A program made the translations under genes and the position numbers. Below are positions 17,596 to 28,365 of a stretch of 64,000 nt of DNA, in pieces. Numbering within the stretch: position 1 is the stretch's first letter; the number at the start of each line of letters is the position of its first letter. The stretch spans positions 19,814-83,813 of the forward strand of contig JADZAY010000005.1 of the NCBI GenBank assembly GCA_020852375.1. The letters are read 5' to 3'. Source of the stretch: Candidatus Yanofskybacteria bacterium (GTDB taxonomy: Bacteria > Patescibacteriota > Minisyncoccia > 2-02-FULL-40-12 > GWA2-44-9). The notes under the pieces were generated by a model. The model did no database searches, was not told the DNA's origin, and saw nothing but the letters and a program-made list of their open reading frames with translations.

Positions 17596-18936
17596 ATGGA
17601 ATACGAATATTACATTGGAGGAACTCATTGCAACTCTTGTCAGATCATTCTTGAGCGAGAGATCGGAAAGCTCCCGAATGTCGCTCGGGTCCGCGTCGAT
17701 GCGGGCAGCGGACGTACGCGAATACGGTGGAATGGAGCCCCGGATCTTGAGCGGCTCGCGGCGACCGTGCGGCATGCCGGATATCAGTTCGGGCGCCGCT
17801 CGCGTTCGTGGATAGCGACCGACGGTTCTACCTGGAGTGCGGCGCTGGTCGCGGCGTGTCTCGTCTTCATCGGTTGGATCGCCGTGCGACTCCTGGGCCT
17901 TGATTCGCTCGCTGCGCGCACTGGCACCGGTATTGGTGCGACCGGCGCATTGGTCGCTGGTCTTACCGCTGGCGTTTCGACCTGCATGGCGTTGGTTGGC
18001 GGGCTGGTGCTGGCGTATGCCGCTCGGCATGCACAGAAACATCCGGAAGCGACGACGATCCAGAAGTTCCGTCCCCACCTCTTCTTCAACGCGGGGCGCA
18101 TCCTTGGTTTCGCGTTGTTGGGCGGGATCGTTGGTGCTGTGGGATCGTTGGCGCGACCGACGCCGGTCGTTACCGGTTGGCTTGTCGTGCTTGCGGGTGC
18201 GGCGATGGCGCTTGTTGGACTTTCGTTGACCGGTCTCGTACCGCGACTCTCGACGCTTTCCTTGCCCGGTTGGATCGCGCGACGATTGGGGATCGGATCG
18301 GATGTACGGGAATACAGCCACCGCGGAGCCATGGTGACCGGAGCGCTCACGTTCTTCGTCCCGTGCGGTTTCACGCAAGCGGCGCAGCTCGCCGCATTGG
18401 CGACCGGCAGCTTCGGAGGCGGTGCGCTCCTGATGGCCGCGTTCGCGGTCGGAACCGCGCCGGGTCTTCTGGGGGTTGGCTGGTTGTCATCGGCGGTGCG
18501 CGGCTCGGGTGGGCGCATCTTCTTCGCCGCGGCGGGGATCACTGCATTCGCGCTCGGCGTCTGGAACATCTCGAACGGATGGACCCTGACCGGCATCGTG
18601 TTGGGAGGTCCGTCGACGGCCGCCCCGGTCCGTCCGGGTGAGCGTGTGAGCGTTGCCGAGGTTCGCGATGGAAAGCAGTACGTCGATATGACGCAAGATG
18701 CGTTCGGGTATAGCGTTGACCGCATCGTGGTGAAGCGCGGGATCCCGGTCGTGTGGCGTGTTACATCGGAGAACTCGTACACCTGCGCGAGCTCGTTGAA
18801 TCTTCCCGCGATGAACATCGCGGTGAATCTTCAGCCTGGCCAGAACGTTGTCGAGTTCACCCCTCAAACGACCGGTCGGATGCGGTTCTCCTGCTCGATG
18901 GGCATGTACCGCGGTATCATCGAAGTTGTTGATTAA
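17596..18936 (+). CDS. HMA + DsbD_2/TauE-like membrane domain + cupredoxin fusion
   Basis: GTHCNSC, STCMALVGG, FFVPCGFTQ, FSCSMGMY. Confidence 0.9.
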   Translation: MEYEYYIGGTHCNSCQIILEREIGKLPNVARVRVDAGSGRTRIRWNGAPDLERLAATVRHAGYQFGRRSRSWIATDGSTWSAALVAACLVFIGWIAVRLLGLDSLAARTGTGIGATGALVAGLTAGVSTCMALVGGLVLAYAARHAQKHPEATTIQKFRPHLFFNAGRILGFALLGGIVGAVGSLARPTPVVTGWLVVLAGAAMALVGLSLTGLVPRLSTLSLPGWIARRLGIGSDVREYSHRGAMVTGALTFFVPCGFTQAAQLAALATGSFGGGALLMAAFAVGTAPGLLGVGWLSSAVRGSGGRIFFAAAGITAFALGVWNISNGWTLTGIVLGGPSTAAPVRPGERVSVAEVRDGKQYVDMTQDAFGYSVDRIVVKRGIPVVWRVTSENSYTCASSLNLPAMNIAVNLQPGQNVVEFTPQTTGRMRFSCSMGMYRGIIEVVD

Positions 18937-18947
18937 CTCACTATCCT

Positions 18948-19307
18948 ATGAGTACTGATGAGATCGCTGTGGTCGTCATTGCGACGATCGGTATTGCGGG
19001 CATCGCGTGGTTCTTCTTTGGAAAACGAACTCGCGCGGTTCGCGCCGGGACGGTTATCGATATCGTAGTCGATGGGGGCTACTCACCCGATACGATCACG
19101 GTTCTGGTCGGGAAGCAGACGACGCTTCGGTTCTTCCGAAAAGATCCGTCCGATTGTCTCGAAGAGGTTGTTATTGCCGATCTCAAGATCCGGCGCACGC
19201 TTGCGCTCGGAGAAGTCACTGAGATCACACTTACTCCGCCGCGTGCTGGTACCTACCGCTTTTCATGCGGTATGGGCATGTATCACGGGGCGATCATCGC
19301 ATCATGA
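18948..19307 (+). CDS. Cupredoxin-domain copper chaperone (CupA-like)
   Basis: [20 protein letters not shown]. Confidence 0.9.
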   Translation: MSTDEIAVVVIATIGIAGIAWFFFGKRTRAVRAGTVIDIVVDGGYSPDTITVLVGKQTTLRFFRKDPSDCLEEVVIADLKIRRTLALGEVTEITLTPPRAGTYRFSCGMGMYHGAIIAS

Positions 19308-21541
19308 GCCAAACGACCAAAACCTTCCCGATCAAAGGGATGCATTGTGCGTCGTGCGTGACCCTGATCGAAGGGGCGCTCCGTGACGTGCACGGGGTTA
19401 GTACCGCGAATGTGAATCTCGCAAACGAGCGCGCGACCGTTACCTATGATCCGGCGCAGGTCACCGATGAGCAGCTGCGTTCGGCCGTTGCGAGTGTCGG
19501 GTATCAGGCGCTCATGAGTGATGAGCTGGCGCATGAAGATGCTGAGCGAGCTAGGAAACGGCGGGAGCTGGTTGCGCTCCGTTTTCGGGCGCTGTTCAGT
19601 CTTGCGCTGGGTGCGGTGATCGTCTGGGGAAGCTTTCCCGGGATCTCCGCCATTGCCCCCGCGCTGCTTCGGAATGCGTGGTTCCAGTTCGCGGTCGCGA
19701 TACCGGTCCAATTCTGGGCGGGATGGCAGTTCTATCGGGCGACGTGGTCGTCGCTTCGGCATCGGAGCGCGAACATGGATACGCTGGTGACCATTGGAAC
19801 GAGCGTCGCATTCATCTATTCGGCGTTCATGACCATTGCCCCGCATCTCGTTCAGCGGCTTGGTATCATGCCGGAACCCTACTTCGACGTTTCAACCGTG
19901 ATCATCGGGCTCATCCTGCTCGGACGCTACTTCGAGGCACGCGCAAAAGCGGGCACATCGGAGGCGATCCGAAAGCTGTTGGGCCTGCAGGCGAAGACCG
20001 CCCGCGTGATCCGTGACGGGCAGGAGATCGATGTTCCGCTTGCCGAGGTTGCGGTAGACGACGTGCTTCGGGTGCGCCCGGGTGAAAAAGTTCCGGTTGA
20101 CGGGGTTATTCTCGAAGGCGCTTCCGCGATCGATGAATCCATGGTGACCGGGGAAAGTATTCCAGCAGATAAAGGTCCCGGAGATGCCGTTATTGGCGCG
20201 ACCGTGAATCGGAACGGTTCATTCACCTTCCGCGCCACGAAGATCGGTTCTGAAACGATGCTTGCGCAGATCGTTCGCCTCGTGCAGGAAGCGCAGGGAA
20301 GCAAGGCACCCATTCAGCGGCTGGCGGATACCGTCTCGTCCTACTTTGTTCCGGTCGTGCTCATGCTTGCGATCGCAACGTTCGCGCTCTGGTATGTCGT
20401 TGGCCCGGAGCCGTCACTACCGTTCGCGACGCTCTCGATGGTCGCGGTGCTTATCATCGCTTGTCCGTGTGCGATGGGATTGGCGACGCCAACGGCGATC
20501 ATGGTGGGGACTGGTCTTGGCGCTGAGCACGGTATCCTCATCAAGGACGCGGAGGCGCTCGAGATCGCCCATACGGTGAACACGGTTGCCTTCGACAAGA
20601 CCGGAACGCTGACCGAAGGGAAGCCGCGCGTTACTCGCGTCGTTGCCCGAGAGGGGCGCGGTGAAGCGGATATTCTTGCGATCGAGTATGCGCTGGAGCG
20701 CTCGTCGAGCCATCCGGTTGCCGCGGCCATCGTCGCAGAGGCGCGTGAGCGCGGGTTAGCGACACCGCCGGAACCGGAATCGTTCGTCGCAGTGCCCGGG
20801 CATGGCGTCCAGGGAGTTGTTCGTGAGATGTCCGTGCGTGCGGGGACTGAGCGCTTTCTTCGAGCGGGCGGCATCGATACTGCGGTGATGCGAGCGGAGA
20901 TCGACCAGCTTATGGACGAGGGAAACACCGTGACCCTTATCGCGTCCGACGGTGAGCTTGTCGGGGTCATCGGTGTTGCGGATACCGAACGGGCAACAGC
21001 TCGTCAGGCGGTGGCGCAGCTTGTTCGGCGGGGCATTGAGGTTGTGATGATCACAGGGGACCATGAACGGGTCGCCCGCTCGGTCGCGACGCGTCTTGGT
21101 ATCACCCGATTCGTCGCGCAGGTGCTTCCCGAGCAGAAGTCGGCACAGGTTGAGGCGCTGCAGGCGGAAGGAAAGCGCGTTGCGATGGTCGGTGATGGTA
21201 TTAACGATGCTCCGGCGCTCGCGGCGGCCGATATCGGGATCGCTATGGCGAGCGGAACGGATGTCGCGATTGAAGCTGCGGATATCACGCTGGTCAGCAA
21301 GAATCTCGGTGCAATCGCGGTCGCACTGGACTTGTCGCGGCGAACCCTCCGGACGATCCGCATGAACCTTGTGTGGGCGTTTGGCTACAACATCGTTCTG
21401 ATCCCGGTTGCGATGGGAGCGTTGTATCCCGTCTGGGGAGTGCTCTTGAATCCAATGCTGGCATCCGCCGCGATGGCGTTCAGTTCGATCTCGGTCGTGC
21501 TCAACTCGCTCCTGCTCAAGCGGTGGCATGTGAGGGTGTAG
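19304..21541 (+). CDS. copA: Cu(I)-translocating P1B-type ATPase
   Basis: [29 protein letters not shown]...P...M..SS. Confidence 0.97.
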   Translation: MSQTTKTFPIKGMHCASCVTLIEGALRDVHGVSTANVNLANERATVTYDPAQVTDEQLRSAVASVGYQALMSDELAHEDAERARKRRELVALRFRALFSLALGAVIVWGSFPGISAIAPALLRNAWFQFAVAIPVQFWAGWQFYRATWSSLRHRSANMDTLVTIGTSVAFIYSAFMTIAPHLVQRLGIMPEPYFDVSTVIIGLILLGRYFEARAKAGTSEAIRKLLGLQAKTARVIRDGQEIDVPLAEVAVDDVLRVRPGEKVPVDGVILEGASAIDESMVTGESIPADKGPGDAVIGATVNRNGSFTFRATKIGSETMLAQIVRLVQEAQGSKAPIQRLADTVSSYFVPVVLMLAIATFALWYVVGPEPSLPFATLSMVAVLIIACPCAMGLATPTAIMVGTGLGAEHGILIKDAEALEIAHTVNTVAFDKTGTLTEGKPRVTRVVAREGRGEADILAIEYALERSSSHPVAAAIVAEARERGLATPPEPESFVAVPGHGVQGVVREMSVRAGTERFLRAGGIDTAVMRAEIDQLMDEGNTVTLIASDGELVGVIGVADTERATARQAVAQLVRRGIEVVMITGDHERVARSVATRLGITRFVAQVLPEQKSAQVEALQAEGKRVAMVGDGINDAPALAAADIGIAMASGTDVAIEAADITLVSKNLGAIAVALDLSRRTLRTIRMNLVWAFGYNIVLIPVAMGALYPVWGVLLNPMLASAAMAFSSISVVLNSLLLKRWHVRV

Positions 21542-21559
21542 CGGTGCTATACTCGGGTC

Positions 21560-22807
21560 ATGCCAGATGTACGTCGGACGATCGTAATCCTTGGCGCGGG
21601 GTTCGGAGGTATCTATGCATACCTCCGACTTCGCGCGCGGATCGATCGGACGACGACTCGCATCGTCATTGTGAATGCGACGAATCACTTTCTCTTCTCA
21701 CCGCTTTTGCACGAGGCGGCAACCGGGAGTCTCGGACTGCATAACGTGGTGCAGGGGGTGCGCGAGATCATCGATGGCGACTGCGCCGACTTGGTTCAGG
21801 CGACGGTCGAATCCATCGATATTTCGGGGCACGTCGTGCGTACCGATCGGGGTCCGATCGGATACGACCACTTGGTGATTGCTACTGGGGCGCATACCGA
21901 TACGATGCGGGTGCCCGGTATCACCGAACACGCTCTATTCTTGAAGGATTTGCACGATGCCCAGCGTCTCCGTGAGCGATTCATCGAGCAGTTCGAGTGC
22001 GCCGGTGCCGCCGGAGCGTCGGGTGTGGTGCAGGGGGCGCTGCGGTTCGTCGTTGTCGGCGGCGGGCCGACAGGCGTGGAGCTTGCCGCCGAGATGAGCG
22101 ACCTACTCTCGACGACCTTTCTCCGATTGTATCGCCGGCGCATCGCTCCGGGGGACGCCGAGATCGTTCTTGTGCATGCCGGGGAGCGGCTGTTACCGCA
22201 GTTCGATGAACATCTTTCGAGGGCCGCGCTTGCGACTCTCCGCCGGAAGGGTGTTCGCGTGCTTTTGAATACTCGCGTTGCCCGCGTCCAGGTTGATGGT
22301 GTTCATGTGGGCGGCGGTTCGTTTCTAGATGCTCATACCGTGATCTGGGTCGCGGGTGTCTGCCCAAGGGTTCCGCTCGCATTTCCGGCACTCCCGCTTC
22401 ACGAGAGTGGGCGTATCGCGGTCGACGAGTTCCTTCGCGTGCGCGGGACTGATTCGGTGTGGGCGCTCGGCGATGTTGCCGCCGCGTTCGATCAGAACGG
22501 AACACTCCTGCCGATGCGGGCACAGGTTGCCGTGTGTGAGGCGGAGTATTGCGCGGACAATGTCGTCGCAGCGATCGCAAAGAGGCCGCTTTCCGCGATG
22601 CAGTACGAGAGCAGAGGGGACCTCGTGTCGCTGGGACGCTGGAGCGCGGTCGGCCGCATTGCAGGGATCCGCTGGTCGGGACCGTCCGCCTGGTGGCTCT
22701 GGCGGACCGTGTATCTGTTCAACTTCGCGTCGTGGGGGAAGCGGCTCCGGATCGCTGTCGATTGGACGGTCGGCCTATTCGCCCCGCGGGACATCACAAG
22801 CGTCTAG
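21560..22807 (+). CDS. ndh: Type II NADH dehydrogenase-family FAD oxidoreductase
   Basis: GAGFGG, GGGPTGVELAAE, W.LGD, C-terminal WWLWRTVYL. Confidence 0.9.
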   Translation: MPDVRRTIVILGAGFGGIYAYLRLRARIDRTTTRIVIVNATNHFLFSPLLHEAATGSLGLHNVVQGVREIIDGDCADLVQATVESIDISGHVVRTDRGPIGYDHLVIATGAHTDTMRVPGITEHALFLKDLHDAQRLRERFIEQFECAGAAGASGVVQGALRFVVVGGGPTGVELAAEMSDLLSTTFLRLYRRRIAPGDAEIVLVHAGERLLPQFDEHLSRAALATLRRKGVRVLLNTRVARVQVDGVHVGGGSFLDAHTVIWVAGVCPRVPLAFPALPLHESGRIAVDEFLRVRGTDSVWALGDVAAAFDQNGTLLPMRAQVAVCEAEYCADNVVAAIAKRPLSAMQYESRGDLVSLGRWSAVGRIAGIRWSGPSAWWLWRTVYLFNFASWGKRLRIAVDWTVGLFAPRDITSV

Positions 22808-22867
22808 CAGGTTGCTCTCCCTTGGAAACATGGTATAACTTTTAGTGTTCTTTCAGAAGGGGGTTTC

Positions 22868-23782
22868 ATGAACGGCAGGATCGTGGTGACAGGTGGTGCC
22901 GGATTCATCGGCGGCAATCTTGTGCATCGACTGTGCGAGAACGACTACGAAGTGGTTGTTCTCGACAATCTCGCGTCCGGAAAGCGCGAGAATGTGCACC
23001 GCTGGGCGACATTCATCAAGGGAGACGTTCGGGATCCGAGCGCGCTCGCCCAGGCGTTCGCAGGTGCCGATGTGGTGTTCCATCTCGCGGCGCTTCCTCG
23101 CGTACAGCTGTCGATCACCGATCCGGTCGGGACCGGGGCGGTGAATGTGTTCGGCACCGTGAACGCGCTGGTCGCGGCGCAGGTGGCGCGTGTCCGGCGA
23201 TTCGTGTTCGCCAGCTCAAGCTCGGTGTACGGGAATCCGCCCGTGCTACCGACGCCCGAGAATTCCCCGTATCAGCCGTTGAGCCCGTACGCCATCCACA
23301 AGATGCTGGGCGAGATGAACTGCCGAACGTGGTCCAGCATCTACGGACTGGATACGGTCTGCTTCCGATTCTTCAACGTGTACGGTCCCGGGTTCGATCC
23401 GTCGGGGGAATACGCGCTGGTGATCGGGAAGTTCATCATGCAGCGGCTCGCCGGAAAGCCGATGACCATTTGGGGAGACGGTCAGCAGGCACGCGACTTT
23501 ACGCACGTCGACGACGTAACGCACGCGTGCGAGCTCGTTATCTCGGCGAAGCTTCCTGATAAGGCGAACGCCTTCAATATCGGGGCCGGGCGGCCGACCG
23601 CGGTCGCACGCATTGCGGAGCTGATCGGAGGCGATGTGATGCACGAAGCCCCGCGTGCTGGAGAGCCGCGCAACTCGTTCGCTGACATCCGGTGGGTCAG
23701 CCATGCTCTGGGGTGGAGCCCGCAGGTGTCGATCGAGCAGGGCATCACGATGCTGAAGGTGAAGCTCGGATTGTGCGCATAG
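22868..23782 (+). CDS. NAD-dependent epimerase/dehydratase
   Basis: TGGAGFIG, SSSSVYG, YAIHK, RFFNVYGP. Confidence 0.95.
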   Translation: MNGRIVVTGGAGFIGGNLVHRLCENDYEVVVLDNLASGKRENVHRWATFIKGDVRDPSALAQAFAGADVVFHLAALPRVQLSITDPVGTGAVNVFGTVNALVAAQVARVRRFVFASSSSVYGNPPVLPTPENSPYQPLSPYAIHKMLGEMNCRTWSSIYGLDTVCFRFFNVYGPGFDPSGEYALVIGKFIMQRLAGKPMTIWGDGQQARDFTHVDDVTHACELVISAKLPDKANAFNIGAGRPTAVARIAELIGGDVMHEAPRAGEPRNSFADIRWVSHALGWSPQVSIEQGITMLKVKLGLCA

Positions 23783-23820
23783 CGCACCAGCGCCCTCTTG
23801 AGGAGGGCGCTTTTTATTTC

Positions 23821-24855
23821 TCACGACTGTGCCGGACGGACGAGCGAGAGGTAGATGTCGAGTAGTGCGTACAGAAGACTGAAGAGGATGGGTCCGAGCA
23901 GGATGCCCATTGGCCCGAACATGCCGATACCTCCAAGCACGGCGATCATCATAACGAGCGGGTGGATGCGAGCGCCACGTGCCATCAGGCGTGGTCCGAG
24001 GAAGTTGTCGAGCATGCCCACGGCAACGAGTGCCCAGAGCGCGAGGCCGATGGCCGGCCCGGTGCCGGCCGTCGCGGCAAGATATGCGATCGCTGGAACT
24101 TGGACCAGCGCAGTGCCGAGCGTCGGGATGAACGCCGCGACCATGATGACACTTCCCCAGAGGGCGGGGTTTGGGACCCCGAAGAGAGCGAATCCGATGC
24201 CTGCAACAAGTGCCTGGAGGAGCGCGAGCACGAGTTGGCCGCGGACCGTTGCCGTGATGGCGCGTCCGATCTTCCCGAGGATCTCCTGTTCGTGTGAGTC
24301 GGAGAGAGGGGAGATCTCCATGAGGCGACGTTTCAGGCGTTCGCCGTCACGGGTGAGGTAATAGAAGAACAGCAACAGGAAGAAGAAGTGAAGGATGGTG
24401 CGCGCGATGCCCGAAAATACCGGGCCGATAGACCCGACGATCCATCCGAACGCTTGCTGGAACCACGCACTGATCGCTTGCGTGTTGAGGGATGTCGCCG
24501 GGATCAGCTGACGGATTGACGGCGGCAGTTGGCTGACGATCTGCGCGATCACTTCTCCGGTCGCGTGTGCGCGGGCGTATCCGTACAGCCCCGCTGCCTC
24601 CTGCGCGATGCGGTATCCCGCAAGCGAAATGGGAGCCACGATGGTGATCAGGACGAGCAGGGTGAGTACGAGGGCTGCGAGCGAACGGTTCGGGATGAGT
24701 CGGAGGAGTTTTTGATATACCCCAGAAAAGAGGAATGCAAGAATAGCTCCCAGAATGAACGTGTTCAGATAGGGGAGCACCAAAACCGCGACCAGAGCGA
24801 TCGTCCCCAGCAGAAGAGCGAGGAAGAAAAATGATTCAATGTAGCGGCGCTCCAT
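23821..24855 (-). CDS. AI-2E family transporter
   Basis: Multi-TM; DNFLGPRL, GG...FG..G..LGP. Confidence 0.92.
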   Translation of the reverse strand: MERRYIESFFFLALLLGTIALVAVLVLPYLNTFILGAILAFLFSGVYQKLLRLIPNRSLAALVLTLLVLITIVAPISLAGYRIAQEAAGLYGYARAHATGEVIAQIVSQLPPSIRQLIPATSLNTQAISAWFQQAFGWIVGSIGPVFSGIARTILHFFFLLLFFYYLTRDGERLKRRLMEISPLSDSHEQEILGKIGRAITATVRGQLVLALLQALVAGIGFALFGVPNPALWGSVIMVAAFIPTLGTALVQVPAIAYLAATAGTGPAIGLALWALVAVGMLDNFLGPRLMARGARIHPLVMMIAVLGGIGMFGPMGILLGPILFSLLYALLDIYLSLVRPAQS

Positions 24856-25017
24856 GCCGTTAGTATACCATACCGGGCGATGTTCCCGGCTGTTCGCGGA
24901 AGTATTGACTTATGTGAATTATAATGTTATAGACTTATGTCTTCGCGTACGGGGACATACGGGTCGTTTCCAAAGAACGCCTGGCGGATATGCCCGCTTG
25001 GCAGAATAAGGAGAGTT

Positions 25018-27048
25018 ATGAGCACCCGAAGACACTGGCTTCCGGCAGCAATCATCGCTATCGGAATCGCCGTGGCGTGCACTCAGCCGGCGCCGACGCC
25101 ATCCTCGCCCTCGTCCATCGGAGACGCGGTCGTGGCCGGTGGTCAGGCGATCGAAGCGCCCGTGAGCGCTCCGTCTCCCAGTCCGGAAGCGGACTGTTCG
25201 GGCGAGCGCGCACTGGACTTCATCTCGGTCCTGGAGTTCAGCATCCCCAACGGGACTGCCAAGGTGAAGAACAACGGAACCTGCCCGCACTGGGTGGGCC
25301 TCGCGCTGTACGACCTTCGCGAAGGCCTCATGAAGCAGTACTTCGTCGCCGAGGACTTCAAAGAAGTTCCTCCGGGAGCGACCGCGAGGTTCGCGGTCGT
25401 CATTCCGGATGATGTCTGCTTGTACCAGTCCGACCTGCTCGCGGGAATCTCCGAGGCAGTGAAGGCAAACGGGACCTTCCCGAATCAGGCAGGACACCTA
25501 GTCGATACGGATGCGTTCGGCGGCAACTTCGGGAACAACGCGGCATGCAAGAAGCCGAAGGATCCGCCGACGCCCCCGCCTCCTCCGCCTCCGGTTTGTT
25601 CCGGTGTCGGGACGCCGAGCTTCTCGTTCGACAAGAACGAAGGCGAGACGACCGCTGGTGTGAAGTCCATCCTGACGTTCCCAGCGGGCTTCGCTGGCTC
25701 CGTTGCGCTGGCTCCGGCCCCGATCTCCGGGTTCCCCGGTGGCTCGGTGACCTCGGGCACGCCGAACACCTCAACGTATAATCGTCCCGCTGCCGGACAG
25801 CAGCCGCTGACGGTCATCGGGTCGTGGGAGGTGCGTAAGAGTGGTGAATTGTGCGCTTCCAATTCGGCTAGCGTGAGCATCACACCCCTGTCTCCGCCAC
25901 CTCCGCCTCCGCCGCCAACGTGTTCGGCCATCAACCTGAACGGCTCGGCGAGCGTGAGCGGTACGACGGCGACCATCACAGCAACCTGGAACGGGAGTGG
26001 CTCGACTACCGTCAAGTTGGACAACGGCACCGCGCAGCCCATCAGCAACGGGCCTCCCGGGGTGACGTATCCCGGATTGGCATCTGGAAACCATTCCGCT
26101 CTTCTGCACTACTCACAGGCTGGTGCGAGCTGTGACAAGACCGTTTCGTTCACCATTCAGGAGCCGCCGCCACCCCCACGAACCTGTGGCGACATTCATG
26201 TCGTCCTGCAGAATCCGCAGGTGAACGGCACATCGGCCACCTGTGCCGGCACCTGGAATGCGCCGCCGGCGGCAGGGACGATGTTCCTTGACGGCGGAAC
26301 GCCGCGAACCGTTGCCAGTGGTGCGGGGACGACCTACGCCAATCTGGCGGCTGGCAGCCACACCTGCAAGCTCGATGTGATGAACGGGAACGAGCCGTGT
26401 TCGGCGAGCAAGTTGTTCACCATCGAGCCTCCGCCTCCGCCGCGTGACTGCGAGGACGTGAAGGCGAAGATCGCCTGCTCTGTGTCGAATGACGATGCCA
26501 GTTGTCTGGTCGGCTGGGTCAACCCCGGCACCGGTGGCATCAAGCTCAACAATGGTCCATTCGAGCCGGTGGCGAACGGGGCGACGAAGCAGTACCCCAA
26601 CCTGAGCGCCGGCACCTACACCGCGACGCTGAAGGTGGAGGATGGTAGCCTCACCTGCACCGACTCCGACACCTTTACGGTCGAGGGCGGACCCAGTTGC
26701 CCGCCCAACCAGACCACGTGCAACGTTACGTGGACCAACCTGCTGGAAAGTCAGTTCGGTAACAACCCGAAGTGTTCGGACTTCGGTCTGCAGCGACTTC
26801 TCAAGCAGGAGAGCTTCCCGGATCCGAACTCGTGGGAGACCGATCGCGACGCATCCATGGTCATCGTGAAGGATGGCGCCTGCGGCACCGATGCCAATCG
26901 GTACTTTGCCAAGAAGGTGACGCCCAACCCGAACACGAAGTGGATCGCCGCCGGGCTTCATGTCGACTTCCTGTGCGAGGCCACTGGCCAGTACAAGAAC
27001 CTCTCGCATGTCGAACTGTGCGGTTGTCCCATCGGCACGGGCCGCTAG
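25018..27048 (+). CDS. Putative lipoprotein with tandem Cys-bracketed beta-sandwich repeats and poly-Pro linkers
   Basis: SD AAGGAG; signal peptide ending IAVA-C; repeats with Y(P/A)(G/N)L..G.H/Y; terminator at 27060-27095. Confidence 0.8.
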   Translation: MSTRRHWLPAAIIAIGIAVACTQPAPTPSSPSSIGDAVVAGGQAIEAPVSAPSPSPEADCSGERALDFISVLEFSIPNGTAKVKNNGTCPHWVGLALYDLREGLMKQYFVAEDFKEVPPGATARFAVVIPDDVCLYQSDLLAGISEAVKANGTFPNQAGHLVDTDAFGGNFGNNAACKKPKDPPTPPPPPPPVCSGVGTPSFSFDKNEGETTAGVKSILTFPAGFAGSVALAPAPISGFPGGSVTSGTPNTSTYNRPAAGQQPLTVIGSWEVRKSGELCASNSASVSITPLSPPPPPPPPTCSAINLNGSASVSGTTATITATWNGSGSTTVKLDNGTAQPISNGPPGVTYPGLASGNHSALLHYSQAGASCDKTVSFTIQEPPPPPRTCGDIHVVLQNPQVNGTSATCAGTWNAPPAAGTMFLDGGTPRTVASGAGTTYANLAAGSHTCKLDVMNGNEPCSASKLFTIEPPPPPRDCEDVKAKIACSVSNDDASCLVGWVNPGTGGIKLNNGPFEPVANGATKQYPNLSAGTYTATLKVEDGSLTCTDSDTFTVEGGPSCPPNQTTCNVTWTNLLESQFGNNPKCSDFGLQRLLKQESFPDPNSWETDRDASMVIVKDGACGTDANRYFAKKVTPNPNTKWIAAGLHVDFLCEATGQYKNLSHVELCGCPIGTGR

Positions 27049-27099
27049 TCCATTTCGTGACGGCAGTAGCGCAAATGCGCTACTGCCGTTTTTTCTTAT

Positions 27100-28359
27100 C
27101 TACGGCACGAGCAGTATATACAGGTCGCTCACATTGGAGCCGGTAGGGCCGGTGAAGACCAGGTCGCCGGTTCCTGCGAGGAGGGGTTGTTCATTGAACT
27201 GCTGGAGCATGGTGTCTGGCGAGAATCCGCATGACGTCGCGCGTTCGAGGGTCGAGTCGTCGACGAGTGCTCCAGCGGTATCGCCGTTGTCGCGCCCGTC
27301 GGATGCGATCGCCGCGAATGCCTGACCGTCGGCCAGCATGGTTGCCGCGGTGAGCGCGACGTGCTGATTCCTCCCCCCAATGCCTCCACCAGAGGCGATT
27401 ACGAGGCGCGCTTCGCCGCCAACGAGCACGACCGAGTGTGGTTCGGAGCGCTGGCGCATCATATGGATAAGTTCCTGCGCCGAGCCGGTGAAATCGTTGC
27501 CAATGACCTGCGCGGTGTATCCGAGCGTACGCGCGTGTGCCGCCATCGCATCCAGTGAGACGGTGTTACTTGCGAGCACGATATTCGTGACGTGCTCGAA
27601 GTAGCGGGGCTCTTTCGGCGTTTCACGGAGATCGAACGAGCCGAGCCGATGGCGGTCGATGATCGCCTGTGCGTCGGCGACGGTTGTGTGATCGGGATAG
27701 GTCGGACCGGATGCGACGAGTGCCGGCGCATCGCCAGGAATATCGGAAAAAACGATGCCGATGACCGTCGCTGGATAGAGTAGTTTTGCAAGCCCGCCTC
27801 CTTTTAGACCCGAAATATGCTTCCGAACGGTGTTGAGCTCTTCGATGGTGAGACCGGCGCGATTCGCAGCTTCGTAGAGTCTGACCCCTTGGGCATATTC
27901 GCTCATGGGCCACGCGAGCATCGCTGATCCGCCGCCGGATACGATCACGATAACGAGGTCGTCGGAGCTGACCCCTTCGCACTGCCGTACCAGCCGTTCG
28001 GTAAGCTCGACGTTCCGCTCCGAGGGAAGCGGATGGCTCGCTTCGCAGATGTCGATGGTCTGGCATACGCGGTGCTCGGTTCCGAGCGCGATGCCGTGAT
28101 TCAGGCGATCGCCGAGGATGCGTTCAAGTTCAGCTGCTGCTGCGCAGGAGGCTTTTCCGAATCCGATCGCATGTACGCGGCGGAATGTGCGAAGGTCCCA
28201 CGAGTGCGCGCCGACCGTCAGGATGCTGCCACGGTAGGTGATGGTGCTCCGGACGATCGTTGCGGTATCAATAGCCGCGAGCCCTGCCTCGATGATGTCG
28301 AGCGCGTCGCGCCGCGCCGGTGTCCGCGCGAGGGCGGTGTAGTTCTGAATGCGATGCAT
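27100..28359 (-). CDS. Glycerate kinase type 2 (DUF4147 + MOFRL)
   Basis: GFGKA, HPLP, SGGGSA, VRKHIS..KGG, GGRNQ, TGSNVSD. Confidence 0.93.
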   Translation of the reverse strand: MHRIQNYTALARTPARRDALDIIEAGLAAIDTATIVRSTITYRGSILTVGAHSWDLRTFRRVHAIGFGKASCAAAAELERILGDRLNHGIALGTEHRVCQTIDICEASHPLPSERNVELTERLVRQCEGVSSDDLVIVIVSGGGSAMLAWPMSEYAQGVRLYEAANRAGLTIEELNTVRKHISGLKGGGLAKLLYPATVIGIVFSDIPGDAPALVASGPTYPDHTTVADAQAIIDRHRLGSFDLRETPKEPRYFEHVTNIVLASNTVSLDAMAAHARTLGYTAQVIGNDFTGSAQELIHMMRQRSEPHSVVLVGGEARLVIASGGGIGGRNQHVALTAATMLADGQAFAAIASDGRDNGDTAGALVDDSTLERATSCGFSPDTMLQQFNEQPLLAGTGDLVFTGPTGSNVSDLYILLVP

Positions 28360-28365
28360 ACGGAT

